Source: an uncultured Candidatus Saccharibacteria bacterium (GTDB lineage: Bacteria; Patescibacteriota; Minisyncoccia; Phycocordibacterales; UBA918). From it: DNA of 64,000 nucleotides. This document shows positions 9,388-19,763 of the stretch, piece after piece. The position numbers and the translations under genes were made by a program. The first letter of the stretch is position 1, and every line of letters starts with the position of its first letter. Where the stretch lies: assembly GCA_964643955.1 (NCBI GenBank), contig CAZXUO010000001.1, positions 78,314 to 142,313 on the forward strand, written 5' to 3'. A model generated the notes under the pieces. It ran no database searches and was not told the origin of the DNA. It was given only the letters and a program-made list of their open reading frames with translations.

Positions 9388-9400
9388 ATTACTTCGCCTT

Positions 9401-9859
9401 TCAGACTGTTCGCCACTTCTCGCGAGTTATTCTTTTTTTCTCGCGTGCCTCACGCCAGGACGGCGGCATTGGCGTACATGCAACGAGATAGTGGAACAAT
9501 GCTACAGAGATAGCCCAAATCGTTATCCAATCAAGAAAGAGTGAAAGAACTGCGACGGAAAACAAATGTCCAATGCGATGTTGTACGCTTTCATACTCAT
9601 CCCTCAAAGGATTCCGCATTCCTCGATAAGTGGTACCTTCTGCCCGAAGACTCCGTCCAAGATATGCAATCATTAGTATCATTCCGAGAATGAGCACTGT
9701 CGGAGTGTCTCGGAATTCCGCGTAGAACGAAATACCACTACATAACGCGCAGATTTTTGCGTAGAAGAAATTGTTCTTGGTGGTATGGTATTCCACCCTC
9801 CACATGATGACTTCCAGATTATCAAGAAGCCAAGCGTCTACCTTTTCCAAGGACATCAC
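9401..9859 (-). CDS. hypothetical integral membrane protein
   Basis: 152 aa with three to four hydrophobic segments; no recognised motif. Confidence 0.4.
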   Translation of the reverse strand: MMSLEKVDAWLLDNLEVIMWRVEYHTTKNNFFYAKICALCSGISFYAEFRDTPTVLILGMILMIAYLGRSLRAEGTTYRGMRNPLRDEYESVQHRIGHLFSVAVLSLFLDWITIWAISVALFHYLVACTPMPPSWREAREKKRITREKWRTV

Positions 9860-9937
9860 CGCCTCCCAGTTTGAGATGATTGGAAAAAACTCTGATGAGA
9901 ACTATGCCACATAAATATTCATTTTGGAATACTTATC

Positions 9938-11185
<1,248 letters not shown>

Positions 11186-11722
11186 CTACTGAATCGAGAC
11201 GAGCTCTACAAGAAAAACAAGTGATGAGTTGGGAAGAATACGTCCTACTTTTTCTGCACCATACGCAAGCTGCGCCGGCACAACAAGTACGCGAATACCT
11301 CCCTCTCTCATTCCTACAACGCCACGTTCAAAGCCAGCGATCATTTCTCCTTCACCAACCACAAAGGTAAGTGGCTCGCCGGTCTTGAATGTGTTATCAA
11401 ACTCCTTTCCGTCCTTGACCTCGCCCGCATAGTTTACGGTGATGGTATCGCCGGTACGGACCGTCTTCTCTGTCGTTGTCCCTACTACGACATCGTCAAC
11501 GATGAGCTTGGTGATGTTTCCAGCTGCATTACTTCCTGCAGAGAGTGCTTGTGCGAGCGCAATTTCCTGATTGGGGAGCGAAGAATCGACGATAATGACA
11601 TCATCACCTGATGGTCCCTTTTCAAACAATGGTGGCAAATAGCGAATACCCGCCAAAACGGCAATGAGGATTAAAAGGCTCGCTCCAATCCCGATAATTT
11701 CGTAGCGTGAAAGTGATCTCAT
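11186..11722 (-). CDS. FKBP-type peptidyl-prolyl cis-trans isomerase, membrane-anchored
   Basis: FKBP domain (GDTITVNYAGEVKDGKEFDNTF...GEGEMIAGFERGVVGMREGG...LVFLVEL) with an N-terminal TM helix. Confidence 0.8.
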   Translation of the reverse strand: MRSLSRYEIIGIGASLLILIAVLAGIRYLPPLFEKGPSGDDVIIVDSSLPNQEIALAQALSAGSNAAGNITKLIVDDVVVGTTTEKTVRTGDTITVNYAGEVKDGKEFDNTFKTGEPLTFVVGEGEMIAGFERGVVGMREGGIRVLVVPAQLAYGAEKVGRILPNSSLVFLVELVSIQ

Positions 11723-11757
11723 AATTAGTGCACTACTATAGCATATGTACCTTATTT

Positions 11758-12828
11758 TTACAGGGCAGAAAGCGCGTCATAGAGCTGTGAGACTTGCCCA
11801 TTTTTTATCGCATCAGCGACAGAATCATCGCTCCGCTCGGCAAGTGCATCAAGAAATATAGTTCGTTCTGCACGTGTCATTGGTCGTGGCGCGCTGCGCG
11901 TATCACTACTCGTCACCGGAATCAGTGCGTAGTGCACGTACTCATTATCAAAAGAGATAGAAACAGTGAGTCCTTCTCGCACTGAAGCCTCCCAATACTG
12001 ATCAAACACGAAGTTGCCGAGCGAGTAGAAGATAGGTGCGCCGCGATAGACTTCTATGTTCTGTACGACATGCGGATGGTGTCCAATAACCGCATCTATT
12101 CCCGCATCAATCACGCCGTGCGCAAATGCCTGCTGTGCTTTGTTGGCGCGGAGCTCATATTCTGCACCCCAATGGATATACAAAATCTGCATGTCACTTT
12201 GTGCTCGTGCGTGCGCAAATACATCTTCAAGAGACGCAATGCTCAGCATCGAGTATGTCGCATTTACCGGAATGATCGCGATGCGCACACCGTCAACCTC
12301 ACGGAACATAAGGTCAGTAATACTCGTCGTCTGGGGATTTCCTCCTGAAGCAAGTCCTGAAGCACTCAGTACTTCTTGTGTATGCGCATGACCGGCCGCT
12401 CCATAATCATATGCGTGATTATTTGCAAGGGAAAAGTCCGTAAAGCCGACGTCCTTAAGGGGAGGAATAAATTCTGCATCCACAGAAAACTTAAAGGTCA
12501 TCATCGGAGTCGGTGCGTGCTTCTCGGGAATACTTGCCTCAAAATTCCCCACCACCGCACTATGTTCTAGAAAAAGGTCACGTACTTCGCGAAACGGGTA
12601 GTACGCACCTTCAGAGCGCATGAGGCGCTCTACATTTCGAGCAAGCATCACATCTCCTACAAAAAGTATTCGCTCATCACCGTTGCGCTCCCCCGTGAGA
12701 GAAATAGAAGCAACTTTGGGCGCAAAGAAAAAAACTGCACCCGCTATGAGGATTACTATAATCCACGTTATTTCGCTTGCCGCAATTCGTACTAAGAGAC
12801 TGCGGGATTGGTCATGGCTTTTTGCCAT
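11758..12828 (-). CDS. CapA/PgsA-family metallophosphoesterase-like protein, membrane-anchored
   Basis: Motifs of the CapA (poly-gamma-glutamate capsule) metallophosphatase family: FVGDVML, NFEASI, SLANNHAYDYG, IHWGAEY, GHHPHVVQ, SLGNFVFDQ. Confidence 0.6.
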   Translation of the reverse strand: MAKSHDQSRSLLVRIAASEITWIIVILIAGAVFFFAPKVASISLTGERNGDERILFVGDVMLARNVERLMRSEGAYYPFREVRDLFLEHSAVVGNFEASIPEKHAPTPMMTFKFSVDAEFIPPLKDVGFTDFSLANNHAYDYGAAGHAHTQEVLSASGLASGGNPQTTSITDLMFREVDGVRIAIIPVNATYSMLSIASLEDVFAHARAQSDMQILYIHWGAEYELRANKAQQAFAHGVIDAGIDAVIGHHPHVVQNIEVYRGAPIFYSLGNFVFDQYWEASVREGLTVSISFDNEYVHYALIPVTSSDTRSAPRPMTRAERTIFLDALAERSDDSVADAIKNGQVSQLYDALSAL

Positions 12829-12891
12829 AGGCTTGATTTCGCGCCATCATAGCACATTTCCACCATTTGTCTCCCCACTCGTCAACAGCGT

Positions 12892-13632
12892 TTAGAGCAG
12901 ACTATCTGCGTGTATATAGAACGGACCTATTTCAAAAAACCACATGAGGCCAAGGCCCACTCCGGCCGCAACACTTACCGCAAGGAGCATCGTGCCGATA
13001 GCAACTGCGATACGGCGGATCATGTGCTTCGGTTCTCGCTTCCGTACAACTTTTGATATTTGAAATGCTTGCGGATCGACAACAATATCCGTCCCGACAT
13101 ATTCCGAACGCCAAAACTTCCGCTGCTTTTTCTTAATAACAGGCGCTGCCTCACTTTTCTTTTTCTCCTTCTCTATCGGCTCTTTCTTTTCTTCTTTGCC
13201 TTTAGTCTTTTCTTTTTCTTCGTCATCTTCATCCTTCTCTTCGTCTTTTTCAACTCGCTCCTCTATGTCAACATCTTCGTCACCATGATCAGTCTCCTCT
13301 TCGGATGACTCATCGGTATCAGCATCAGATTCTTTTTTCTCCTCATCTTCCTCTTTCTCGTCGTCTCCTTCTTCATTGCCGCTTTCTACTGGCATTTCCT
13401 CTTCATCAGGATCGGCTTCTTCTTTTTCTTCACTACTTTTTTTATCATTAACTTCCCGCTCTTCTTTTTTCTCTTTAGAGACCTCTTCACAAATCTTGAG
13501 TGCAGCTTTTACTTCGTCATCAGACCAGCGTGCCTCAAGGAAAATAGTTTTAAGCTCGCTTTCGGGAGCACGCGCATCGAGATGATTGATGCGAAGAAAT
13601 GATTCGACGAGCTTACGATCAATGAGTGCCAT
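12892..13632 (-). CDS. acidic low-complexity protein (Glu/Asp/Lys-rich) with C-terminal transmembrane anchor
   Basis: 246 aa with a ~150-aa E/D/K-rich stretch. The C-terminus (IAVAIGTMLLAVSVAAGVGLGLMWFF) is hydrophobic. Antisense ORFs in the track are mirror artefacts. Confidence 0.5.
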   Translation of the reverse strand: MALIDRKLVESFLRINHLDARAPESELKTIFLEARWSDDEVKAALKICEEVSKEKKEEREVNDKKSSEEKEEADPDEEEMPVESGNEEGDDEKEEDEEKKESDADTDESSEEETDHGDEDVDIEERVEKDEEKDEDDEEKEKTKGKEEKKEPIEKEKKKSEAAPVIKKKQRKFWRSEYVGTDIVVDPQAFQISKVVRKREPKHMIRRIAVAIGTMLLAVSVAAGVGLGLMWFFEIGPFYIHADSLL

Positions 13633-13634
13633 GA

Positions 13635-14723
13635 TTAGTCTCCCGAAGCTCTACGCGCGATCATGTGCTGACTATAGAGCTCAAGCAGTACCAAAAAGAG
13701 ACTGAGGATCGCTGGTCCGAGAATAAATCCAATCGGACCGAAGAGCGCGAGACCTCCGAGGACAGCAAGCAGGATGAGGAATGGATGGAGTGCGGCTTTA
13801 CGTCCCATGAGATAGGGACCGAGGAGGTTGTCGATAAGTCCTACCGCAAGTGTCGCCCACACCGCAAGCCCCGCCGCCATACCGAAGGTACCCTCAAAGA
13901 CAAGGTATGCGACTGCGGGAATAAATACGATTGATGTACCGACACCCGGGATCAGTGCGCCGACGGCTGCGACTGCTCCCCAGAGAATCGGCTGCTCAAA
14001 ACCAAAGACGGTGAGACCGATCGCAGTGAGTGTCCCTTGGATGAGTGCGACGGCGAGTGTGCCGAGGATAACCGAGCGCACTGAGCTCGCGAGCTTTGCC
14101 AAAATAAGCGTGTCCTGATCATCTGAGAGCGGGCTGAGGTAGACCACGTACCGCACAAAGCGTTCTCCATCGCGGAAGAAATAAAAGAAACCGATGATTG
14201 AAAGGAACAAGGTGAGAAGCGTCGATGCCGTTCCCGCAAAGATAGTGCCGATATGCGAGGCAACCCATCCCGCTGCTTGCTGCGCGTAGCTTGTGACATC
14301 GACTGAAAAAGAAGGCGCGACGGTCCGCACGAGCTCTTCGATACGCGCAACTGAGGTGTCTATTCCGAGGCCCTTGCCTTGACTCAAGCTCACATAGAGC
14401 GACAACGTCTCCGTAAACAAAAGATACCCGAGGAAACCAAGCGGTGTGAGCACCAAAAGTGTAATGAGGAGCGTCGTTACAATCGCTGCGATACTTCTGT
14501 TTTGTCGTGGCGTATATCGGAGCACCTTCCGAAAGACCGGATAGCTTACCGTCACAACCACCGCAGCAATAGCGAGCGCAGTAAAAAACGGCTCGATGAT
14601 CTGCCACATGAAGTATCCTGTTACACCGAGGATACCGAAGAAAAATACGTACTCGACAACGCGCGTATGTGCCATGCCACTATCATATATAGTTTCAAAC
14701 CAAAAACATAGTGGAGAACTCAC
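13635..14723 (-). CDS. AI-2E family transporter (UPF0118/PerM-like)
   Basis: About 8 TM helices with AI-2E family topology and conserved C-terminal region (GLIDNLLGPYLMGRKAALHPFLILLAVLGG). Confidence 0.8.
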   Translation of the reverse strand: MSSPLCFWFETIYDSGMAHTRVVEYVFFFGILGVTGYFMWQIIEPFFTALAIAAVVVTVSYPVFRKVLRYTPRQNRSIAAIVTTLLITLLVLTPLGFLGYLLFTETLSLYVSLSQGKGLGIDTSVARIEELVRTVAPSFSVDVTSYAQQAAGWVASHIGTIFAGTASTLLTLFLSIIGFFYFFRDGERFVRYVVYLSPLSDDQDTLILAKLASSVRSVILGTLAVALIQGTLTAIGLTVFGFEQPILWGAVAAVGALIPGVGTSIVFIPAVAYLVFEGTFGMAAGLAVWATLAVGLIDNLLGPYLMGRKAALHPFLILLAVLGGLALFGPIGFILGPAILSLFLVLLELYSQHMIARRASGD

Positions 14724-14741
14724 GCTGTGGACATGCGCTCG

Positions 14742-15638
14742 CTACGGAGTACTCAGATATTTTAGGAGCGCAGTGCTTCCCGCGAGGTTTCGTTCCCACT
14801 CGATCGTCTCATGTGTCGAGAGCTCTACGGTAATTGCGGGAATATCTATGGATGCAAGCCACCCTTCCGCATCACCGGTGATCTCATACGCATCAAAGGT
14901 ATCGACTGCCGGATACTGCGCAGCAGTTGCGTACGTATTCATCACTGCGCGCGTAGCGGGCAAAATCCCCTCCTCACACTCAGACGCATACACCGCATTT
15001 GACTGACTATGCCAAAAAACAACTGCAACAGGGTCATGCGCGAGTACGAAATCACGAATCGCTTGCGCTTCAGGCTCTGAAAAGGCAGAGGTGCCGGCAC
15101 TTACTATGTTTCCGCGCCATGTACTCTCTGGCTTCCATTTGCAATCAAAGTTTCTGTTGAGATCAACACCGTTTGCATTAAACCGCGCGGCCGCAGCTGT
15201 GACAGAATTTTCAACGACATCTGCAGTGGTGAACTGTCCTTCCTTTCCTGTGATCCTGTAAAGACCATCAGGATTTGCAGAGGGAATTACCGTCACACTT
15301 ACTCCCGCAGGAATGGTGGAAAGATTTTTGGCGAGGTAATCCATGTAGGTGTATGCGAGCAATACGCTATTCCACTCATAGCCCCCATGAATACCACCGA
15401 CAAAAAGCACACGCTTTGCGCCATCGCCGTACGTATACGCGTTGATATTTCTTCCTTCGACAGAAGTACCAACGACACTATGGCGGACTTCAGACTTTAC
15501 CGGAGTTTCAGGTACTGGTACGGGTGGCGGTATAAATACTTCTTCCTCACGAGTAAGAAAAAAATAGAGAGTACCCACGACAAGGCATACACTCACCAAC
15601 ACACCCCCGACGATCAGTTTTTTAGAAGACGGCGTCAT
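14742..15638 (-). CDS. M14-like zinc carboxypeptidase family protein (AstE/AspA/gamma-D-Glu-DAP peptidase-like), membrane-anchored
   Basis: GGIHGGYEWNS (His/Glu metal ligands), VIPSANPDG and VDLNRNF motifs; N-terminal TM helix. Confidence 0.65.
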   Translation of the reverse strand: MTPSSKKLIVGGVLVSVCLVVGTLYFFLTREEEVFIPPPVPVPETPVKSEVRHSVVGTSVEGRNINAYTYGDGAKRVLFVGGIHGGYEWNSVLLAYTYMDYLAKNLSTIPAGVSVTVIPSANPDGLYRITGKEGQFTTADVVENSVTAAAARFNANGVDLNRNFDCKWKPESTWRGNIVSAGTSAFSEPEAQAIRDFVLAHDPVAVVFWHSQSNAVYASECEEGILPATRAVMNTYATAAQYPAVDTFDAYEITGDAEGWLASIDIPAITVELSTHETIEWERNLAGSTALLKYLSTP

Positions 15639-15643
15639 CAGTC

Positions 15644-16567
15644 TTAGTCTGCGTACTGCGCGAACAACGCCTTAATACCTTTCAAATTTTTATCCCACTC
15701 AACATCTTCGTGGTTGGTGAGAAGGACGCTGATTGCTGGAATATTTTCTTTTGCAAACCAGTTCACCATATCGCCCGTAATGTCGTAGAAATTGAATTCC
15801 TTATACGCTTTGTATCCTGAAGCTTCTGCATATGCGGTCGTCAGTGCCGCAGTTTCTTCAGAGACGCCGTTGTAGCAATTTGAAGAGAATACGCCTCCTG
15901 CTGCTGAGTACCACACCACAACGCCTGCAGGTGTATGCGCCTCTACATACGAGCGCACGGCCTTGCTTTCAGGCTCAGAGAAGACTTCACTTCCTCCACT
16001 TACCTTTGTGTTCTGCCACACACCTTCTTCTTTCCAGTCACAATCAAAATTTCTGTTGAGGTCTACATTGTTGCCGTTGTACCGGCCCGGAATACGTTCA
16101 CTGAGGACAGAAGGCACGTCAGCGAGTGCAAAGCGTGTGGTAGTGCCAGTTACTTTTTCGAGTCCGTCCGGATTCATGACGGGGATCACCGTTACTTTTA
16201 CATTCTCAGGGATTTCACTTTTATTTTTTTCAAGATAATCCATGAGCTCATAGGCGACGAGTACTGTGTTCCATGAGTAGCCTCCGTGAATACCGCCGAT
16301 GAAGAGGAGCTCCTGCTCACCTGTTCCGAAGTGGTATGCCGTAATATCGTGATTATCAGCGGATGTTCCAATCACTGTTTTCGTCTCGTCCTTTACTTCC
16401 TGTTGCTCATTGTTCGTCTGAGTTTCTGTAGATGTAGCTGTTGGTGTCTCTACTTGTTCTGTCTCCTTTTCGCGGAGAAATGTATCGAATGAACCTTTTA
16501 CGAACAAAAAATAACCAGCGGCCCCGAGTACGACAATAGCAACAAGCGCAATGATGGCAATTTTCAT
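15644..16567 (-). CDS. M14-like zinc carboxypeptidase family protein, tandem paralog
   Basis: Same motifs as the downstream paralog (GGIHGGYSWNT, VIPVMNPDG, VDLNRNFDCDWK) and the same architecture; only 5 nt separate the two genes. Confidence 0.65.
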   Translation of the reverse strand: MKIAIIALVAIVVLGAAGYFLFVKGSFDTFLREKETEQVETPTATSTETQTNNEQQEVKDETKTVIGTSADNHDITAYHFGTGEQELLFIGGIHGGYSWNTVLVAYELMDYLEKNKSEIPENVKVTVIPVMNPDGLEKVTGTTTRFALADVPSVLSERIPGRYNGNNVDLNRNFDCDWKEEGVWQNTKVSGGSEVFSEPESKAVRSYVEAHTPAGVVVWYSAAGGVFSSNCYNGVSEETAALTTAYAEASGYKAYKEFNFYDITGDMVNWFAKENIPAISVLLTNHEDVEWDKNLKGIKALFAQYAD

Positions 16568-16586
16568 ATACCCTATTCTACCACGT

Positions 16587-16620
16587 AAAAAACAACAAAG
16601 GCCGACTGAAAGTCGACCTT
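16587..16620 (-). terminator. rho-independent terminator on minus strand (AAGGtCGAC-tttca-GTCGgCCTT + TGTTGTTTTTT)
   Basis: Imperfect GC stem followed by a U-tract on the minus strand, ~300 nt downstream of the gdh stop. Confidence 0.4.
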
Positions 16621-16630
16621 GCCTTCGTGC

Positions 16631-16789
16631 TTAGCGCGCGACCATTTCGGATTGCGCAAGTAGTGCGGCAGTCTCGATAGTGCCAAAAACGGCATTCGAG
16701 GCCTGAGAAAAACTTGCAAGCATTCCAGAAAATAGGAATTGCGCTATGAAAATAAACATGAGAAGGCCAATTGCTCGATTGATCTTCAT
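16631..16789 (-). CDS. candidate small hydrophobic protein (52 aa) inside a promoter/terminator-bracketed transcription unit
   Basis: Manual translation: MKINRAIGLLMFIFIAQFLFSGMLASFSQASNAVFGTIETAALLAQSEMVAR. It lies between the consensus promoter at 16892-16920 and the terminator at 16587-16620. Not in the ORF track (<60 aa). Confidence 0.25.
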   Translation of the reverse strand: MKINRAIGLLMFIFIAQFLFSGMLASFSQASNAVFGTIETAALLAQSEMVAR

Positions 16790-16891
16790 AACATGAAGAT
16801 ATTGCGACCATGAACCATTCCTTCGAAAGAATGGCCTTGCTAATACAAGGATGGACGCCGAGCAAACCCTTCTTGTACTTAATCTATTTAT

Positions 16892-16920
16892 ATTATAGCA
16901 CGTTTATATCTATAAGTCAA
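16892..16920 (-). promoter_or_regulatory. near-consensus sigma70-type promoter (TTGACT-17 nt-TATAAT) reading on the minus strand
   Basis: -35 TTGACT (complement of 16915-16920), a 17-nt spacer, and -10 TATAAT (complement of 16892-16897), directly after the gdh stop codon. Confidence 0.4.
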
Positions 16921-18195
16921 CTATCCAATACGACCGCGTAGTTGCATCGCAGTATAGATGCGTTCCATGCCGATCCGGTAGGCAGCTTGACGGTACGTGA
17001 TTGAATCAGCTGCTACTTTGCGTGCAAGCGCACCGTACGCATCGAGCATAATGCGCTTGAGGCGTTCTGCCACTTCTGATTCAGTCCAATAATACTGCTG
17101 ACGGTTTTGCACCCACTCAAAATAAGAGACCGTCACACCCCCGGCATTCGCAAGAACATCAGGAATGATCGTGACGCCGCGCGCGGCGAGTGTTGCGTCT
17201 GCTTCAGGAGTTGTCGGATTGTTTGCAAGCTCGAGGATGAGGCGTCCCTGCACTTTTTCTGCGTTATCACTTCTGATTTGATTGTCGAGCGCAGCCGGAA
17301 TCAATACATCACACGCGATGCCGAGCACTGCTTCTGGAGGAAGAATCTGTGCGCCGTCTTTCGCAAGCATCGACTCGTCGCACACACTTCCTTGGCAGTA
17401 TAGCGACGTGACGCTTCCCTCACGCTTCGCCTCTTCAACACGATGCGGATCAAGACCATTTGGATTGTAAAGTGTTCCTTTTGAATCTGAGAGCGCGACA
17501 ATCTTGTAGCCTGCCATATGTAGCAGCTTCGCCATCACCGCGCCCGCATTACCAAATCCTTGAATGGCAACGGTTGTATTTTTTGGCAAAAGATTATGTT
17601 CTTTTGCATACGCATCGAGGACATAGACGCCGCCTTGTGCTGTCGCTGTATCGCGACCAATACTTCCGCCGAGCGCAAGCGGCTTTCCTGTAATAACTCC
17701 CGGTTCGCTTTTCCCTATTTCCTTTTCATATGCATCAAGCATCCAGCCCATGATCTCGGGTGTGGTGTATACATCGGGCGCGGGGATGTCGCGATCAACG
17801 CCGATATATGGCGCCATCGCGCGCGCGTATGCGCGCGCGATTGTTTCAATATCATTTCGTCCATACTGTTTTGGATCAAATGCGACACCGCCCTTTGCTC
17901 CGCCGAGGGGAATATTCACGACCGCACATTTCACCGCCATCGCCGCAGCAAGCGCCTTTACTTCTTCAAGGTCTGCATGCGGATGAAAACGAATACCGCC
18001 TTTATACGGGCCACGCGCATTATTAAACTGCACTCGGTACGCAGAAAGCTGCTCATTTCCCTTTTCTGTCTGTACCGAAAGCGTTGCTTCACGTACCGCG
18101 TCAGGCGTCATAAGCTTCTCTTTTGTTTGCTCATCAATCGAAAGTGCATCGAGCGCATCGCCAATGTGGTGTTTTACTTGTTCAAATGGTGTCAT
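16921..18195 (-). CDS. gdhA: NAD(P)-specific glutamate dehydrogenase
   Basis: Glu/Leu/Phe/Val dehydrogenase signatures (KGGIRFHP, VVNIPLGGAKGG, GFGNAGAVMAKLL). Confidence 0.9.
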   Translation of the reverse strand: MTPFEQVKHHIGDALDALSIDEQTKEKLMTPDAVREATLSVQTEKGNEQLSAYRVQFNNARGPYKGGIRFHPHADLEEVKALAAAMAVKCAVVNIPLGGAKGGVAFDPKQYGRNDIETIARAYARAMAPYIGVDRDIPAPDVYTTPEIMGWMLDAYEKEIGKSEPGVITGKPLALGGSIGRDTATAQGGVYVLDAYAKEHNLLPKNTTVAIQGFGNAGAVMAKLLHMAGYKIVALSDSKGTLYNPNGLDPHRVEEAKREGSVTSLYCQGSVCDESMLAKDGAQILPPEAVLGIACDVLIPAALDNQIRSDNAEKVQGRLILELANNPTTPEADATLAARGVTIIPDVLANAGGVTVSYFEWVQNRQQYYWTESEVAERLKRIMLDAYGALARKVAADSITYRQAAYRIGMERIYTAMQLRGRIG

Positions 18196-18238
18196 ATTTC
18201 AATATCGAGTTAGGACACTATTATATGCGCAAACTGTA

Positions 18239-18278
18239 CGACGCAAAAATGCCCGCGAATGCGGGCATTTTTGCGTCG
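18239..18278. terminator. bidirectional intrinsic terminator (A5-GCCCGC-gaat-GCGGGC-T5 within an 18-bp perfect inverted repeat)
   Basis: CGACGCAAAAATGCCCGC / GCGGGCATTTTTGCGTCG are perfect arms, between a hypothetical gene and gdh. Confidence 0.6.
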
Positions 18279-18287
18279 TTTCTCTCC

Positions 18288-18752
18288 CTATCCCTTAATA
18301 AACACTTCAAAATCTTCTGGGGTCTCGTTTGGTCCTGCAGGAATGAGATTAAGAATTGCAGGCTTGCCTTTGTACGTTGCATCAATCGATGCTCCTTCGC
18401 TTGCTGCAAAATCAACCTTGAAACGCTGTGCAGTCATTACTTGAGCACACATCTCGGAATTGTTAACGACTTCAAATGCTACGGTGACTTGCTCAGGCAT
18501 TGATTCACGGACAATCGCATCAGTCTCGAGCAGATCACACGGCGTCGGCATCATAATCTCGCCTGCAAGTGTGTGGGTGCCATTTATAAAGAAGTGCTTT
18601 GCATCAATGCGCATCGCATCTTCTTCGACGATTGGTTCTTCAGGCGCAGGCTCTTCTTTGATAAGCGACTTCTTGTATTCTGCAAACGCGAACATGCCGA
18701 GTACAATCAGTACAAAGAGTATCCCTGCAATAAGTAGAGCTCGAGTATTCAT
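18288..18752 (-). CDS. hypothetical membrane-anchored secreted protein
   Basis: 154 aa with an N-terminal TM/signal (ALLIAGILFVLIVLGMFAFA); no recognised domain. Confidence 0.4.
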   Translation of the reverse strand: MNTRALLIAGILFVLIVLGMFAFAEYKKSLIKEEPAPEEPIVEEDAMRIDAKHFFINGTHTLAGEIMMPTPCDLLETDAIVRESMPEQVTVAFEVVNNSEMCAQVMTAQRFKVDFAASEGASIDATYKGKPAILNLIPAGPNETPEDFEVFIKG

Positions 18753-18803
18753 AGAGAAAAGATTACAGCCGCTAACCTCAGACGGCCATTATACCACGCG
18801 GAG

Positions 18804-19763
18804 CTATATGATGAGTGCGCCGCCAACGAGCCATGTATGCGCATAGAAAAGCACTCCAAGGAGTCCGAGCATACCGATACCGTATGCAATCTGTACGGGA
18901 TGCTGTCGGCGCCACTCGATAACGATAGCAAGTACAAGTGATACAAAGACAAAGACGGCGATGAGTGAGTAAAGAATCGCAAGCCACGCTGAAGGCTGTC
19001 CGAGCGCTCGCGTAAACAAGTTTGTCGCTCGTACCGGCTCTGATATTTCTTCGGCTGCTGCAGAAGCGGCCTCAGGAACACTTGGCCCATCGTCTGAAAT
19101 CACCGGTGTATCTTCAGCAGCGAGCACTTCTCCGACTGTCGACAAAAATGAAGGTGGTGCTTCTTGCGTATCATCGGCACGCGCAACAGGCGCAGGCACT
19201 GCACCTGCAGGTGTACCAAACATCTGCACTACAAAAATGGTGTCATACCCTTCGTACGTACCCTTTGCAGTACCGATGCCGATCTCGGTATAGCGATCAT
19301 GCATGATGTTTGCGCGGTGGCCCGGCGACTCGAGCCATGCATCAACAACCTCTCCTGAATCAAAAAAATGTACGGCGAGATTTTCTCCTGCATACGCATA
19401 CTTGTATCCTGCCTTTTCAAACCACGTCCACGGTGTCTCTCCGCGCGGACTCTCATGCGCAAAATAACTGTACGCAGCCATGTCCTCTGCTTTGAGGCGT
19501 GCCGCCTCATCGAGTACTGGATTGCGGCGCAGCGGGAAGTGCGCCTCAGCGACTCGTGATTCGTTGGTTAGATCAAAAACAACCGCAGGAATGACGTTTG
19601 CAGCAAGCCATGCCGAGTGTTGGAGAATAAGGACGTGGATGTTTGCAGCGGCAAACGAGATACCGACAAGCACCGCCATACCAGAGAGCGCGACGCGCCG
19701 AAGAATGTATGGTTGAAAATCATTCCGCGCATGAGGAATAAACGCGCGACGGAAAAAGCCCAT
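18804..19763 (-). CDS. CAP (SCP/PR-1/YkwD-like) domain protein with flanking transmembrane segments
   Basis: CAP-domain motifs (SYFAHESPRGETPWTWFEKAGYKYAYAGENLA ... WLESPGHRANIMHDRYTEIGIG) with N- and C-terminal hydrophobic helices. Confidence 0.7.
   Translation of the reverse strand: MGFFRRAFIPHARNDFQPYILRRVALSGMAVLVGISFAAANIHVLILQHSAWLAANVIPAVVFDLTNESRVAEAHFPLRRNPVLDEAARLKAEDMAAYSYFAHESPRGETPWTWFEKAGYKYAYAGENLAVHFFDSGEVVDAWLESPGHRANIMHDRYTEIGIGTAKGTYEGYDTIFVVQMFGTPAGAVPAPVARADDTQEAPPSFLSTVGEVLAAEDTPVISDDGPSVPEAASAAAEEISEPVRATNLFTRALGQPSAWLAILYSLIAVFVFVSLVLAIVIEWRRQHPVQIAYGIGMLGLLGVLFYAHTWLVGGALII

Noticed and set aside
16578-16865. 95-aa minus-strand ORF in the gdh–M14 gap
   Set aside because: Its Cys/Trp-rich improbable composition and its path through the terminator hairpin argue against it. 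A 52-aa ORF in another frame, or an ncRNA, fits the promoter/terminator geometry better.
16621-16900. tmRNA, RNase P RNA or SRP RNA in the non-coding gap
   Set aside because: None of the conserved signatures was found: the tmRNA 5' GGGGCUGAUUCUGGAUUCGACGG and tRNA-like 3' end, the RNase P AGGAAAGUCCGG/ACAGAAACCCGGCUUA pair, and the SRP AGGAAGCAGCC motif are all absent.
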